A stretch of DNA of 64,000 nt, from assembly GCA_965208105.1 (NCBI GenBank), contig OZ242318.1, positions 4,544,001-4,608,000 of the forward strand, in the 5' to 3' direction. Under the pieces are notes generated by a model. That model had not been told where the DNA came from. It saw only the letters and a list, made by a program, of their open reading frames with translations, and searched no databases. Shown one piece after another: positions 1 to 9,097 of this stretch (position 1 is the first letter of the stretch; each line of letters begins with the position of its first letter). The position numbers were made by a program, and so were the translations under genes. The stretch comes from Candidatus Latescibacterota bacterium. GTDB taxonomy: Bacteria > Latescibacterota > UBA2968 > UBA8231.

Positions 1-1
1 G

Positions 2-142
2 GGGCCGCGCCTGCCACAGGCCGAATAGCACCAGGACGATGAGCGCGCCGATCACCAGGCTGCGGGGGGTAGTGGCCCATTGATCGGAGTGCTGCGGCGA
101 ATCGTTTCCCTGGTCTCGGGGCTGGTCCAGTACTGCTGACAA
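2..142 (-). CDS. 5' end of a membrane protein running off the window, possibly DUF6785-like
   Basis: Manual translation from TTG at 142: (M)SAVLDQPRDQGNDSPQHSDQWATTPRSLVIGALIVLVLFGLWQARP. TPRSLVIGAL resembles TLRALVLGAL at the start of 9098..11044. Confidence 0.45.
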   Translation of the reverse strand, partial: MSAVLDQPRDQGNDSPQHSDQWATTPRSLVIGALIVLVLFGLWQARP

Positions 143-331
143 TTGCGGATGAGCTTTCTATGGCCTGGGTGCTGTTGTCCCGACTCGGGAGCGCTCGGCC
201 GAGGCCGGATTGCGGCCGCAGGCGGGTGGCCCGGTCAGTTCATCTCCCGCGGACCGGAGCCCTTCCGCCCTGCGTAGCGGGCGCTCGAACCCCCTGGATG
301 GGCAAGGTGATCCTGAAGGGGCACACCAGCG

Positions 332-1222
332 CTATTCCCCTGGAACGGGCACGGTCGAGCCATGACCCGAGTCTTTCAACACCAGTCCCGTATCCCGCGC
401 GGAGGTACGGCAGATTTCCTCGAGCCTATTTATCCATTGCCTGCGCTTTTCACTGTTGTTGGGATTGCTGAGCCATTCCTCGGCCATCCCGTGCTGCCAG
501 GGCATATGCGGATGGGGCTCGGGATGCAGGTACCTGGGAGCGATGTGGCGCATGGTCTCCAGTTCTTCGGGGGTTTCCGGGTAGTGGAAGAAGCTGACAC
601 AACTCATGTGCCGGTCGTTGCTGCCGCCGCTGGTCGCGTGCATGATGCGCAGATCGAAGGCAACCACATCGGCGGGCCCGTAGCTGGTCTGGCAACAGGG
701 AATTTGGTCCAGTTGCTCGGCGGCTCTCCTGGCGTAATCCGGGGTTTTTCTGAAGTGCTTGCCGAGTACGGGATAATGGGATAGCTGGTCCTGGAACGGG
801 TTCTGATGGGATCCGGGTATGAATCTCAGCGCGCCGCTGCTGCCGTCCACCGGTTCCAGGCCGAATTGAAATTTCACCCCGCATCCATAGGTGTTCATGC
901 AGCCGTCGTTGTAATGCCAGGGGGTGTTGCCGACGTACCTGTAGGCGTTGACTTCGAAGGCGAAGGCCTTCGGGCCGAAAAGCTGCTCGGCGGCTTCATA
1001 GAACCGCGGATCTTCGGGCAGGGTCGAGTAGAATGGAGTATCGGTGCCCAGCATTTTGAAGTACTGCATCTTCGTCCCGTCGAATTTTTCCCAGCGCGAT
1101 GCCCTTTCGGCGGCGTAATTGAATTCCTCCCTCATCGCTTCCACCTCCCGGGGACGAAAGAAATTCCTGATCACCACGAATCCGAAGGTCTTGAACTGAC
1201 TTTCCTGTTCCGCCGTCAACAT
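332..1222 (-). CDS. Phytanoyl-CoA dioxygenase (PhyH) family Fe(II)/2-oxoglutarate dioxygenase
   Basis: Start re-called at ATG 1222 (MLTAEQESQFKTFGFVVIRNFF) after AGGAGG RBS. HxD (WHYND), GALRFIPGSH, distal His (IMHAT) and Arg. Confidence 0.85.
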   Translation of the reverse strand: MLTAEQESQFKTFGFVVIRNFFRPREVEAMREEFNYAAERASRWEKFDGTKMQYFKMLGTDTPFYSTLPEDPRFYEAAEQLFGPKAFAFEVNAYRYVGNTPWHYNDGCMNTYGCGVKFQFGLEPVDGSSGALRFIPGSHQNPFQDQLSHYPVLGKHFRKTPDYARRAAEQLDQIPCCQTSYGPADVVAFDLRIMHATSGGSNDRHMSCVSFFHYPETPEELETMRHIAPRYLHPEPHPHMPWQHGMAEEWLSNPNNSEKRRQWINRLEEICRTSARDTGLVLKDSGHGSTVPVPGE

Positions 1223-1244
1223 AGTCCACCTCCTCTTGAGAAAC

Positions 1245-4214
1245 CTATAGGGGCCGTCCGAATTCGGTGAAGCCCACCAGCGCGCGCGCGAAGAACTTCC
1301 AGTAGTCGAATTCCTGGAAGCGTTGGGTCTCGTCGTCGAAGCTCCTCCTGTCGCGGGCAACTCCGGCGATCGTCACCAGTTCGTAGCCAAAATAACTCGA
1401 GCGGTTGGTCGCCGTCAAAAACGCCGAGCGCTGCTCGAAGCTGTTGCGTTTGGAAAGCTCGTCCCTGCGCCGGTAGGGAAGCGGACCCAGGCCCTGAAGG
1501 CCGGCGCTCAGGGTGGTCCGGGACAGCAATGGGCACTGCAGGCGCAGAATGGGAATGGCGCGCAGCTCGGACTGCAGCTGCACTTCGCGTTCGCGGTCCG
1601 CCAGGCGAAACACCATGAGCTTGTACTGCGGCGTGATGTGCAGCTTCCACCAATGGAAGGAATACTGCAGTCGTGTGACAGAGGTCCACAGGTCCAGGCG
1701 CCGGTCGCGCTGGAACAGTCCGCTGGGCAGCTTCCCACCCCGTTGCCAGTTGAGGCGCAGGCGGAGCTTCTGCACCAGGTCGAGACCCGATAAGAGTTGA
1801 AGGCTTCCTTCCAGGTAGGATTCGTTGACGAAACTGTCCTGGTAGAGCAGCAGATCCGGTACGAAGCCGACCTTGAGAAATTTCACGATGCCCTCCCCGG
1901 GGGGGGCGTCGGCGGTGTATACCACTCCGCGGCCGCCGAAGTAGCTGTCGCGGGAGCCGGCGTCGTCCTCGTACTCCATGAACTCGTCGGCGATGTCGTC
2001 CTCTACTCTGCGGCTGTTGTTCTCGAAGAAAATTTCCCTGAGCCACCCCGTCCCCCGCCTGCGGTAGCCCACCAGCCCATAGGTGGAGCGGCTGTTCCCG
2101 GCGCCGGCGGTCTCCTCGATCGAATAGTGCCCCAGCGCCAGGTACCAGTGCCGGGTCAGGTTGTACTGGCCGAACAGATGGACCCCGCGTTCGTCGTAGT
2201 CGTAGGGATAGTCCACTTCGCCGTCGTCTTCGCGCCCGTCCGGCTCGTCGTTGTTGTTGCGGTCGAGGCCATAGACGTATGCGTTGGGCTCGACGTCGAA
2301 CATCAGGAAGGGTTCCTCGTAGTCGGGAATTCGGTTGAGGTTGCGGTTGGTGTCCGGCGCCCCGTCGTTGTCCTCGTCCTGATTCAGAAATACCCCGTTG
2401 AGGTCGGTGCCGACCTGGTCGATGAGCATGCCCACCAGCGCTCCGTGGCGGATGTCGGGATAGCGGTCCCCGTCGTCGTTGTCGTCCACCGTCCTCCAGT
2501 ACATGTAGTTGTTGAGCAGGCCCTGGAGATGGCCCCTCCAGAACGTGTTCTCCCAGTGCTTGTAGGAGCGGAACTCGGTGGAATACCCCGGATTTACGGA
2601 GAACAGCTCGGCGCCCGCCAGGCCGCGGCCGAAGTGGTGGACCGCGTTGAGAAACCAGGCCGAACCCCCATGGGTGAAGCGCGGAGAGTAATCGAAGGCG
2701 GGCTGATTGTCGATCTCGGCCGGATAGCGCGAATAGACGCTGGAGCGGGCGTACTCGGCGGAGATCTCCAGGCCCGGCAGCTGCAGGTTGAGGTCGGCGC
2801 TGTAGATGAAATGGCCGGTGTTCTCGCCCACGTCGAAGCGCCTCCTTTTGAGGTTGGACAAATCCTGGACGTTGCCCTCGGCCCTGGAGAGGACATGGAA
2901 ATAGCTGGCGGCAAACCGGTCCGGGTAGAAAGTCGCAAAATCGGACTTGATGTATACCATGGCCACGTCGACGTGATAATCGTTGCCCACCAGGGCCTCC
3001 ACCGCCACCGAGCGGATTGCAGCTTCGGATCCCATGTCGAAGAGAAAGACCAGCTCGCGCCGGCCGTCGGCGCGCAGCATGGCCAGGGGCGATTCCACCG
3101 CGTAGGTGGAGACGAGGCCTGGGATATTGCCCACTTCGCTCACGTCGAGGCCATCCTCGTGGTCCAGCCGGGTGAAATAGTCGGCAAAGAGGGGAAAGTC
3201 GCGGTCGCGGTAGTAATATTCGTTGACGTAGGGAGTCGCCGAAGATGAGGCGGTGAAATAGTTGTAGGGCAGGACGGTGAAATGACCGGTGATGGCGGAG
3301 GTGAATCCCACCTGCAGAGGGGGGTCGGCGCGATGGCTCAGCACCCGCGGCGGCAGGTCCGGCCGGGCCTGGCCGTTGACCACCAGCTGCACGTCCTGCA
3401 CCGCCGCTCCGCCCACGCCGTCGGCGGGGGAGTCGTCCTTGAAGCGCACGATGATCCATTCCATCAGGGGGTGGTCCGGCTTCAGGCGGCCCTTGAGACT
3501 GTTGCCGGTGCGGGTGCTCTGGTAGATGTGATGGTTGACCCAGTTGAGGCCCAGCCTCAGGTTGCCCGCGTCGGCCTGCGCCCGGCCGCCCAGAAGCAGG
3601 GTGGAATCGTCGGCTTTCTGCAGGTGCAACTGCACCGCCTCGCTTGCCTGGCGAAGATCTCTCGCCATGTCCATCGGCCGCTCCGCCCGCGACGCCACCG
3701 CGGTCAGCTTCAGATGGGGGGTGGCGAGATCGAAGCGGGCACCGTTGAAATCCACCTTGTAGAGGGTCAGCGGGGTGAAGCGGGCAATCAGGCCATCCCC
3801 CGCGACAAGGTGGTATCCCCACTGGCCGTAGCCGTCGCTTCCAGCCACTACGTAGTCGAAGGCGGCGTTCCAGGCACCGGGGTTCTGCTTGAATATGGCA
3901 CTGCCGAATTTCTGTCCCGGAGTGCGGATCTCGTCCCACTTGTAGAGATCGTATCCGCGCACCAGGAAGTTGCCGAAGGAGTCGTACCGCTCTTTCGGTA
4001 TGTCGGTATATGGGTAGAAATGGTGGGGAGCGTTCTGGAAGTTCTGCAGGGCGAAGTTGCGGTAGGGTCCGCGTTCCCAGCGCAGAAACGGCCGACCCGA
4101 GGCCACCTCCTCGAGGTGCATGCCGTCGCCGCCGGCAAGGCCCCACGCAGCAAGCAGGGCAAACAGGAGCCAGGGCATGCGAGGAGGCCGTGCAGCCGCG
4201 ATTCTCCTGATCAT
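1245..4214 (-). CDS. Large secreted/outer-membrane protein with Asp/Asn-rich Ca-binding-like repeats; paralog of 44437..47067 and 52493..55145
   Basis: Signal peptide. Shares TPLTxxxxxFNGxR, DDSPxDGxGGA, VDDNDDxDRY, DEDNDxxPDxxRN, EEPFL, YGLDxNNN, YPYDxD and C-terminal FFxxxxxGFxxF with the two other copies. Confidence 0.75.
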   Translation of the reverse strand: MIRRIAAARPPRMPWLLFALLAAWGLAGGDGMHLEEVASGRPFLRWERGPYRNFALQNFQNAPHHFYPYTDIPKERYDSFGNFLVRGYDLYKWDEIRTPGQKFGSAIFKQNPGAWNAAFDYVVAGSDGYGQWGYHLVAGDGLIARFTPLTLYKVDFNGARFDLATPHLKLTAVASRAERPMDMARDLRQASEAVQLHLQKADDSTLLLGGRAQADAGNLRLGLNWVNHHIYQSTRTGNSLKGRLKPDHPLMEWIIVRFKDDSPADGVGGAAVQDVQLVVNGQARPDLPPRVLSHRADPPLQVGFTSAITGHFTVLPYNYFTASSSATPYVNEYYYRDRDFPLFADYFTRLDHEDGLDVSEVGNIPGLVSTYAVESPLAMLRADGRRELVFLFDMGSEAAIRSVAVEALVGNDYHVDVAMVYIKSDFATFYPDRFAASYFHVLSRAEGNVQDLSNLKRRRFDVGENTGHFIYSADLNLQLPGLEISAEYARSSVYSRYPAEIDNQPAFDYSPRFTHGGSAWFLNAVHHFGRGLAGAELFSVNPGYSTEFRSYKHWENTFWRGHLQGLLNNYMYWRTVDDNDDGDRYPDIRHGALVGMLIDQVGTDLNGVFLNQDEDNDGAPDTNRNLNRIPDYEEPFLMFDVEPNAYVYGLDRNNNDEPDGREDDGEVDYPYDYDERGVHLFGQYNLTRHWYLALGHYSIEETAGAGNSRSTYGLVGYRRRGTGWLREIFFENNSRRVEDDIADEFMEYEDDAGSRDSYFGGRGVVYTADAPPGEGIVKFLKVGFVPDLLLYQDSFVNESYLEGSLQLLSGLDLVQKLRLRLNWQRGGKLPSGLFQRDRRLDLWTSVTRLQYSFHWWKLHITPQYKLMVFRLADREREVQLQSELRAIPILRLQCPLLSRTTLSAGLQGLGPLPYRRRDELSKRNSFEQRSAFLTATNRSSYFGYELVTIAGVARDRRSFDDETQRFQEFDYWKFFARALVGFTEFGRPL

Positions 4215-4252
4215 GGGCACCCTCCCGGCAGTTAAAACCTCCAGCCGCCTGG

Positions 4253-4294
4253 AAAAGGTACAGGGGTAGATCGCGAAATCTACCCCTGTACTTT
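4253..4294 (-). terminator. Intrinsic terminator after the 4327..6285 gene
   Basis: Perfect 14-bp stem gtacaggggtagat (4258-4271) / atctacccctgtac (4278-4291), followed on the minus strand by a short T tract. Confidence 0.75.
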
Positions 4295-4326
4295 ACTTGC
4301 CTTCGTATGCTACCCCGAGGGGCAGT

Positions 4327-6285
4327 CTACTGCAGCAGTGTCATCGCCCGCACGTCGGAGAAGTCACCGGCCTGCATGCGATAGAAATAGGCGCCGCTGG
4401 AAACGGGTGCGCCGCGGGAATCGCGGCCGTTCCAGGTGACCTGGTAGGTGCCCGCAGGCTTGTAGTTGTCGACGAGCGTATCCACCCTCTGGCCCACCGA
4501 GTTGAACACGTCGATCGTCACGTGGTCGTCCGCCGCGATGGTGAAGTCGAAGGCGGTCTCGGGATTGAAGGGATTGGGATAGGCGGCACCGAGGCTGTAG
4601 CTGTCCGGCGTGCCGGCCCCGTCCACAGCTTCGACCGCGGTTACGTCGGCACCCAATGTTCCGGTCTGGATGTCGAATCCCATGTGCATGGCCATCGCCG
4701 GGTTTCTCGGCTCGGTGGACTCATACGCGCGGAACTCGTGGTGGACGATGTCGAAGAAGGTGTTGAAGACCAGGCCGTCGTACGGTCCCGGGCTGCCGGC
4801 ATTCTCTCCGCAGTAGAGATCGCCGCCGTGTCCGGAGCAGTTGTTCTGGATGACCGCGACGTTGGTGTTGGCATGCTGCCGGTAGGGCCCGATTTCCAGG
4901 GGTGTCCAGATTCTCCCGATACCCGAGCCGTCGCGGCCCAGGATGGAAGCCCGGTGCCCGATGGTGTTGTGCCGGGCCGTGGTGATCAGAGCTCTGCTCT
5001 TCTGGTCAGGTATGGCATCCAGAACCAGGGAGAGCTCGCCCCCGAGGACGTCGCCCGAAAACCCGAGAGCGGCGGCGCGCTCCTGGGAAATCTGGTCGTC
5101 GTAGAAGTCACCCGGGCCGTTGGACCAGATGAGGTCGAAGTCATGATCGATCTTGATCACCTGGGTGCCTCGCCAGCCGGTCACCCAGAGGCCGGTCTCG
5201 TTTACCGAGGTGGAGGTCACACCGCCGGCACTGAAGCTCTCGTTGCCGTTGTCGTCGATGCGGTATCTCCAGAAGAACTCCCGGTGCTGGTCGACGTTCT
5301 GGAGGAATTCACCGGTGGCCTTGTCCCATACGCAGAAGGAGGGAGCGGGGATTTCGGCGGTGCTCCAATTGGCGGTGTAGAGCTTGTCCTTCCAGATCGA
5401 CAAGTGCAGGGCGCGCTCGGTTTCGGCCAGGGGCAGGTGGGAAAAGCCGTTGTCTGCGAAGTTGGGATCCCTGTCCAGGGTCTTGGAGGCGTCGTTGCGT
5501 ATCAGCCTGTAGACCCCGCAATGCGGGCCGTTTGGTGTCATCGACACGTAGAAGGCAGTGGGGTCGTCAATGTCCGGGCGAATGCCGCCGACGGTATCGC
5601 CGCGTTCGAGCATCTGGACCGACTCTTCGAATTCCCAGAGCTCATAGGCAGTGGGATTGGCGACAAAGTCGGTACCCAACTTTGCCAGGGCAAGACTGCC
5701 CCAGAACTGGCCGCGGTCCGGTTGCGCGGACGCAGCCAGGTGGCACCAGTTGTCCCCGTTGCGCAGATCGAAGATGTGGTCGGGCATGCCCTGGCTGCTG
5801 ATACCCACCAGGGCGGAGGGATCGAGATTGTTGACGGCTATGACGTCGAACTCGTAGTTGCCGGGGCCCGCTTCCTCCCCGTTCCAGTCACGGCCGTCCC
5901 ACCTGATGACGTTGTCGCCGGCGGCGAGGGCAATGCCGCTCTCGTTCGGAGCGGTGGCGATGAACTTGTCCTGGGCAACGTAGCGCACAACGGCACCATT
6001 GATATTGGTGGGGCCGGTGTCGGTGGAGCCGATCTCGTAGATGGCCACCCATACGGTGGCGCGCTGGTTCATGGTGAAGGGAATGTCCACTCCGCCGCTG
6101 CCGCCGTAGGCGACGTTGGATACGCTCAGGCGCAGGGGATTCGGGGTGGAATTGGTGATGGGTGGGACGAGTTCGTTGATGTTTTCCGCGTTCTGTAGCC
6201 CAGGTGGATAGGTCTCCGCGAGGGCTGTTTCCATGGTAAACACACCCAGCACCAAAGCACACAAACTGGTTTTGCAGAATCTCAT
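4327..6285 (-). CDS. Secreted protein with N-terminal FlgD-like Ig domain and C-terminal FlgD/T9SS-type sorting-like domain
   Basis: Signal peptide and AAAGGAGG RBS. Internal WDGRDWNG..GNYEF. C-terminal AYPNPFNPET...VFNSVGQRV...VTWNGRDSRG..VSSGAYFYRM. Confidence 0.8.
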   Translation of the reverse strand: MRFCKTSLCALVLGVFTMETALAETYPPGLQNAENINELVPPITNSTPNPLRLSVSNVAYGGSGGVDIPFTMNQRATVWVAIYEIGSTDTGPTNINGAVVRYVAQDKFIATAPNESGIALAAGDNVIRWDGRDWNGEEAGPGNYEFDVIAVNNLDPSALVGISSQGMPDHIFDLRNGDNWCHLAASAQPDRGQFWGSLALAKLGTDFVANPTAYELWEFEESVQMLERGDTVGGIRPDIDDPTAFYVSMTPNGPHCGVYRLIRNDASKTLDRDPNFADNGFSHLPLAETERALHLSIWKDKLYTANWSTAEIPAPSFCVWDKATGEFLQNVDQHREFFWRYRIDDNGNESFSAGGVTSTSVNETGLWVTGWRGTQVIKIDHDFDLIWSNGPGDFYDDQISQERAAALGFSGDVLGGELSLVLDAIPDQKSRALITTARHNTIGHRASILGRDGSGIGRIWTPLEIGPYRQHANTNVAVIQNNCSGHGGDLYCGENAGSPGPYDGLVFNTFFDIVHHEFRAYESTEPRNPAMAMHMGFDIQTGTLGADVTAVEAVDGAGTPDSYSLGAAYPNPFNPETAFDFTIAADDHVTIDVFNSVGQRVDTLVDNYKPAGTYQVTWNGRDSRGAPVSSGAYFYRMQAGDFSDVRAMTLLQ

Positions 6286-6499
6286 GGTGTATCCTCCTTT
6301 AAGGTTCCCGGGCTGCTCTCAGCCTTTCGAAATCGTTCATGCGAACTGGTCGGCGTTGGTCAGGTCTCCTGGTACCCACCTCCTTTCGAGACCGCTGAAT
6401 TCCGGTTTTGGCAAGCAGCATGGAATCGCCGTTACTTGGCAGAGATCCGCGCAAGGACTGTACGCGGGACCGGATTTCCTGCCTTTTCTTGCATAATGT

Positions 6500-6528
6500 A
6501 CTATGTAAAATGGTAGTGCAATTGTCAA
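6500..6528 (-). promoter_or_regulatory. Putative sigma70 promoter for the 4327..6285 gene
   Basis: Minus strand TTGACA (6523-6528), 17-nt spacer, CATAGT (6500-6505), in an AT-rich patch. Confidence 0.45.
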
Positions 6529-6610
6529 GAACATTATAACAATGGAATAACTGATTGATTTTTAAAGAGATATAGCGCCTCCTGGGTTGGTGGGCGGCCT
6601 CCCCTGCCCA

Positions 6611-8818
6611 TCAGGCCAGGTCCACGAGCACCACCTCCTGCAGTTTTACCTCCGGCACCAGGATCCGCGCGCCATCCGCTCCCGGCTGTAAAGCCAGGTC
6701 GCGCAGAGGCAAACGCGCGCCCCGCGCTCTGAACTCGTTGAGCCGGATCACCACGTCCCTGACGGGGAGCAGTTCGTCGACGCTGAAAAAGTTGGGGCGG
6801 ACCTCCCGCGAGGTGGACCAGGGCAGAAACGGCATGGGGTTGTTGAGCAGGTGTATCATCAACTGTCCCGGTTTGCGGTGAAAAGCGGTGGCGTCGATCA
6901 CCTCGGGGGCCACAACCTCCAGCGCGGGGATGGCGGTGCGCGCCAGATAGTCCATGAGCCGCTTCAACTGGGGAAGGGGACCGCGGCAGTAGCCCTGGCC
7001 CAGGTCGCCGCACAGATAGATGGCCGTACCCTGTCCGCAGCGGTTCATGGTCAGGGCCGGCTCTCCTGAATCGAAGTCGGCGCCGGCGTAGAACTCGTCA
7101 CCGAGCGGAGACCTGTTGCCTTTCCACTTCAGGCTGCTTTTGGTGAAGAGGACCTCGGGGTCAGAGCCCGGCCGCAGCTCGATCCGGGATTGGGGGGCGC
7201 CGAAGGCGACGAAATGCCCGAACCGGCGCTTCAATTCCTCCGTCTGGGGAACGAGGATATTGCTTTCTCCCGGGTTCACTTTGCCGTTCTCCAGCTCGAC
7301 CGCCTCTCCAGCCTCGGCTCCGGCGTAGTCCACACCCAGGACGTCTGCCAGGCCGAAGTTGCCGCGCTCGCGCCCGAGCTCGTCGCAAAGCGATGTGCGG
7401 TGGGTGGCGAGTAGGCAGCCCCCCAGGCGCACGAACTCGCGGATGGCTTCCACCTGGCCGTCTCCCAGGCAGCCGCTGTTGGAGAGGACCAGCACCTTGT
7501 ACTGGCGCAGCGTATCCAGGGTCAGGTTCCGGTCGAAGACCACCTCGGTGAGGATCTGCGAGCGCCTGAGCATCTCGTCGCTGCCCCGGCACATCTTCCA
7601 GAATTCGTCCGGTTCGGGGTAATACTGAAAGTCCCTGCCCTGCTGCGAGACGTGCAGGGCGGCGTGCCTGACCGCCTCACCGCCCACGTATGGCTGCAGT
7701 TCCCGCGCCGCCGAGTAAATCGACTGCAGCGTGGTGCCGTGGTGGGTATGGGCGCCCGCGTCGAGGGATACGGTTACGGACGCGCCGCCGCGGACCACGG
7801 CGGACAGCGCCGCGATGGCGCCGGTGTGGGGCTCGGGGCAGGGAGCGGAGCCCACCTCCGAAATGCTGCGTGCTGCATGGAAGAAGAAGCCGAAGGTCGG
7901 GCCGGCAGCGCGCAGCAGCTTGGCGGGAAAGCTCACTCCCAGGTTGTCCAGGCCGGCCTCCATGAAGAAGTGGGTGGTGGTCGGCAGGGGATTCAGGGGG
8001 TGGCTCGCCATCCAGCCGATGTCCGGGCTGCCGTAGGGTCTCCCGTAGTAGTTCCAGTCAAGGACAACATCGGGATGTTCGGCGTAGACCCCGTTTGCCA
8101 CGTGTTCCACTCCCTCGGTGAACTTGCCGTAGCGCCAGACGATGTACCTGCGGAAATCCACGTCCTCCATGTCGACCACGGTGGGCAGCTCGCGGCCGCA
8201 TTCCTCCAGGTACTGTTCCCGGCAGAACCTGCAGATGCACCCGCCGGTTCTGCGCTGCCCGGCGTCGGAGTGGGAGCCCCAGTTCATGTCGTCGAAGTAG
8301 ACCCCGTCCAGGTCGAAGTAGTCGATCATCTCGTTGAGGTACCGGGGCAGCCAGTCCCGGTAGGGCGAGTTCCAGCACAACCAGCCTTCGTTCCATACTT
8401 CCTCGCCGCCGTCGTCGAGCATCTGTATGCCCCAGTCGGGATGGAGCTCCTGGATCGGGGTGGTGAAGATGAAGGGATAGTAGCTCATCATGAAGATTCC
8501 GCGCTGGTGAGCGGCGGCGATGAATTCGCGGATGCGCTGACCTTCGGCCTCGTATTCGGGGGGACGCGGGATCAGTGCCGACGGCCACAAGGGCCACGAG
8601 CGGCCGATGCCGCCTCCGGGCCGGTGGCGCATGGCGGCGATGGTCCACGCCTGGACCCCGGCGTCGGCCATGGCGTCGACGCTGAGCTGAATGCCCGCCC
8701 TGGGACCGCCATCGGGGTCGGTGCGGTGCACACACCCTGGATAGTGTTCGGTGCGGCAGATCCTCTGTTCGTAGGGGATTTCCTTGAGGAGGCGGGCGGT
8801 TGTTCCGGACCTGGCCAT
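6611..8818 (-). CDS. Glycoside hydrolase-like protein (GHL6/GH42-like TIM barrel plus beta-galactosidase trimerisation domain)
   Basis: ATG 8818 after AAGGAG. CWNSPY, DGVYFD, CICRFC. C-terminal LRQYKVLVLSN...FVRLGG...TSLCDELG...GLADVLGV. Confidence 0.7.
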   Translation of the reverse strand: MARSGTTARLLKEIPYEQRICRTEHYPGCVHRTDPDGGPRAGIQLSVDAMADAGVQAWTIAAMRHRPGGGIGRSWPLWPSALIPRPPEYEAEGQRIREFIAAAHQRGIFMMSYYPFIFTTPIQELHPDWGIQMLDDGGEEVWNEGWLCWNSPYRDWLPRYLNEMIDYFDLDGVYFDDMNWGSHSDAGQRRTGGCICRFCREQYLEECGRELPTVVDMEDVDFRRYIVWRYGKFTEGVEHVANGVYAEHPDVVLDWNYYGRPYGSPDIGWMASHPLNPLPTTTHFFMEAGLDNLGVSFPAKLLRAAGPTFGFFFHAARSISEVGSAPCPEPHTGAIAALSAVVRGGASVTVSLDAGAHTHHGTTLQSIYSAARELQPYVGGEAVRHAALHVSQQGRDFQYYPEPDEFWKMCRGSDEMLRRSQILTEVVFDRNLTLDTLRQYKVLVLSNSGCLGDGQVEAIREFVRLGGCLLATHRTSLCDELGRERGNFGLADVLGVDYAGAEAGEAVELENGKVNPGESNILVPQTEELKRRFGHFVAFGAPQSRIELRPGSDPEVLFTKSSLKWKGNRSPLGDEFYAGADFDSGEPALTMNRCGQGTAIYLCGDLGQGYCRGPLPQLKRLMDYLARTAIPALEVVAPEVIDATAFHRKPGQLMIHLLNNPMPFLPWSTSREVRPNFFSVDELLPVRDVVIRLNEFRARGARLPLRDLALQPGADGARILVPEVKLQEVVLVDLA

Positions 8819-9097
8819 GACGGGCTCCTTTGCGAGGGGTGGATTCGGCATTGGCGGGATTCAGTCGATTGCCTGTCGCCCCGCCGGGTGGGCGCGGTAG
8901 TATAGATCATTGCAAGATTCGATGTCAATATCCATCCGCGGACCCTCCGATGCCGGTAGGTGAGGGGCCGGCGCTCGTTCCAACAAGAAAGAGAACCCAC
9001 CGCACCCGTTTGGGAGTAATTGCAATTTTGCATAAGTTAGGGCCTACCCGGCCGGAATTTCGCTCTTTCATCACTCCTCCGGCCTTCCCGGACTCCC

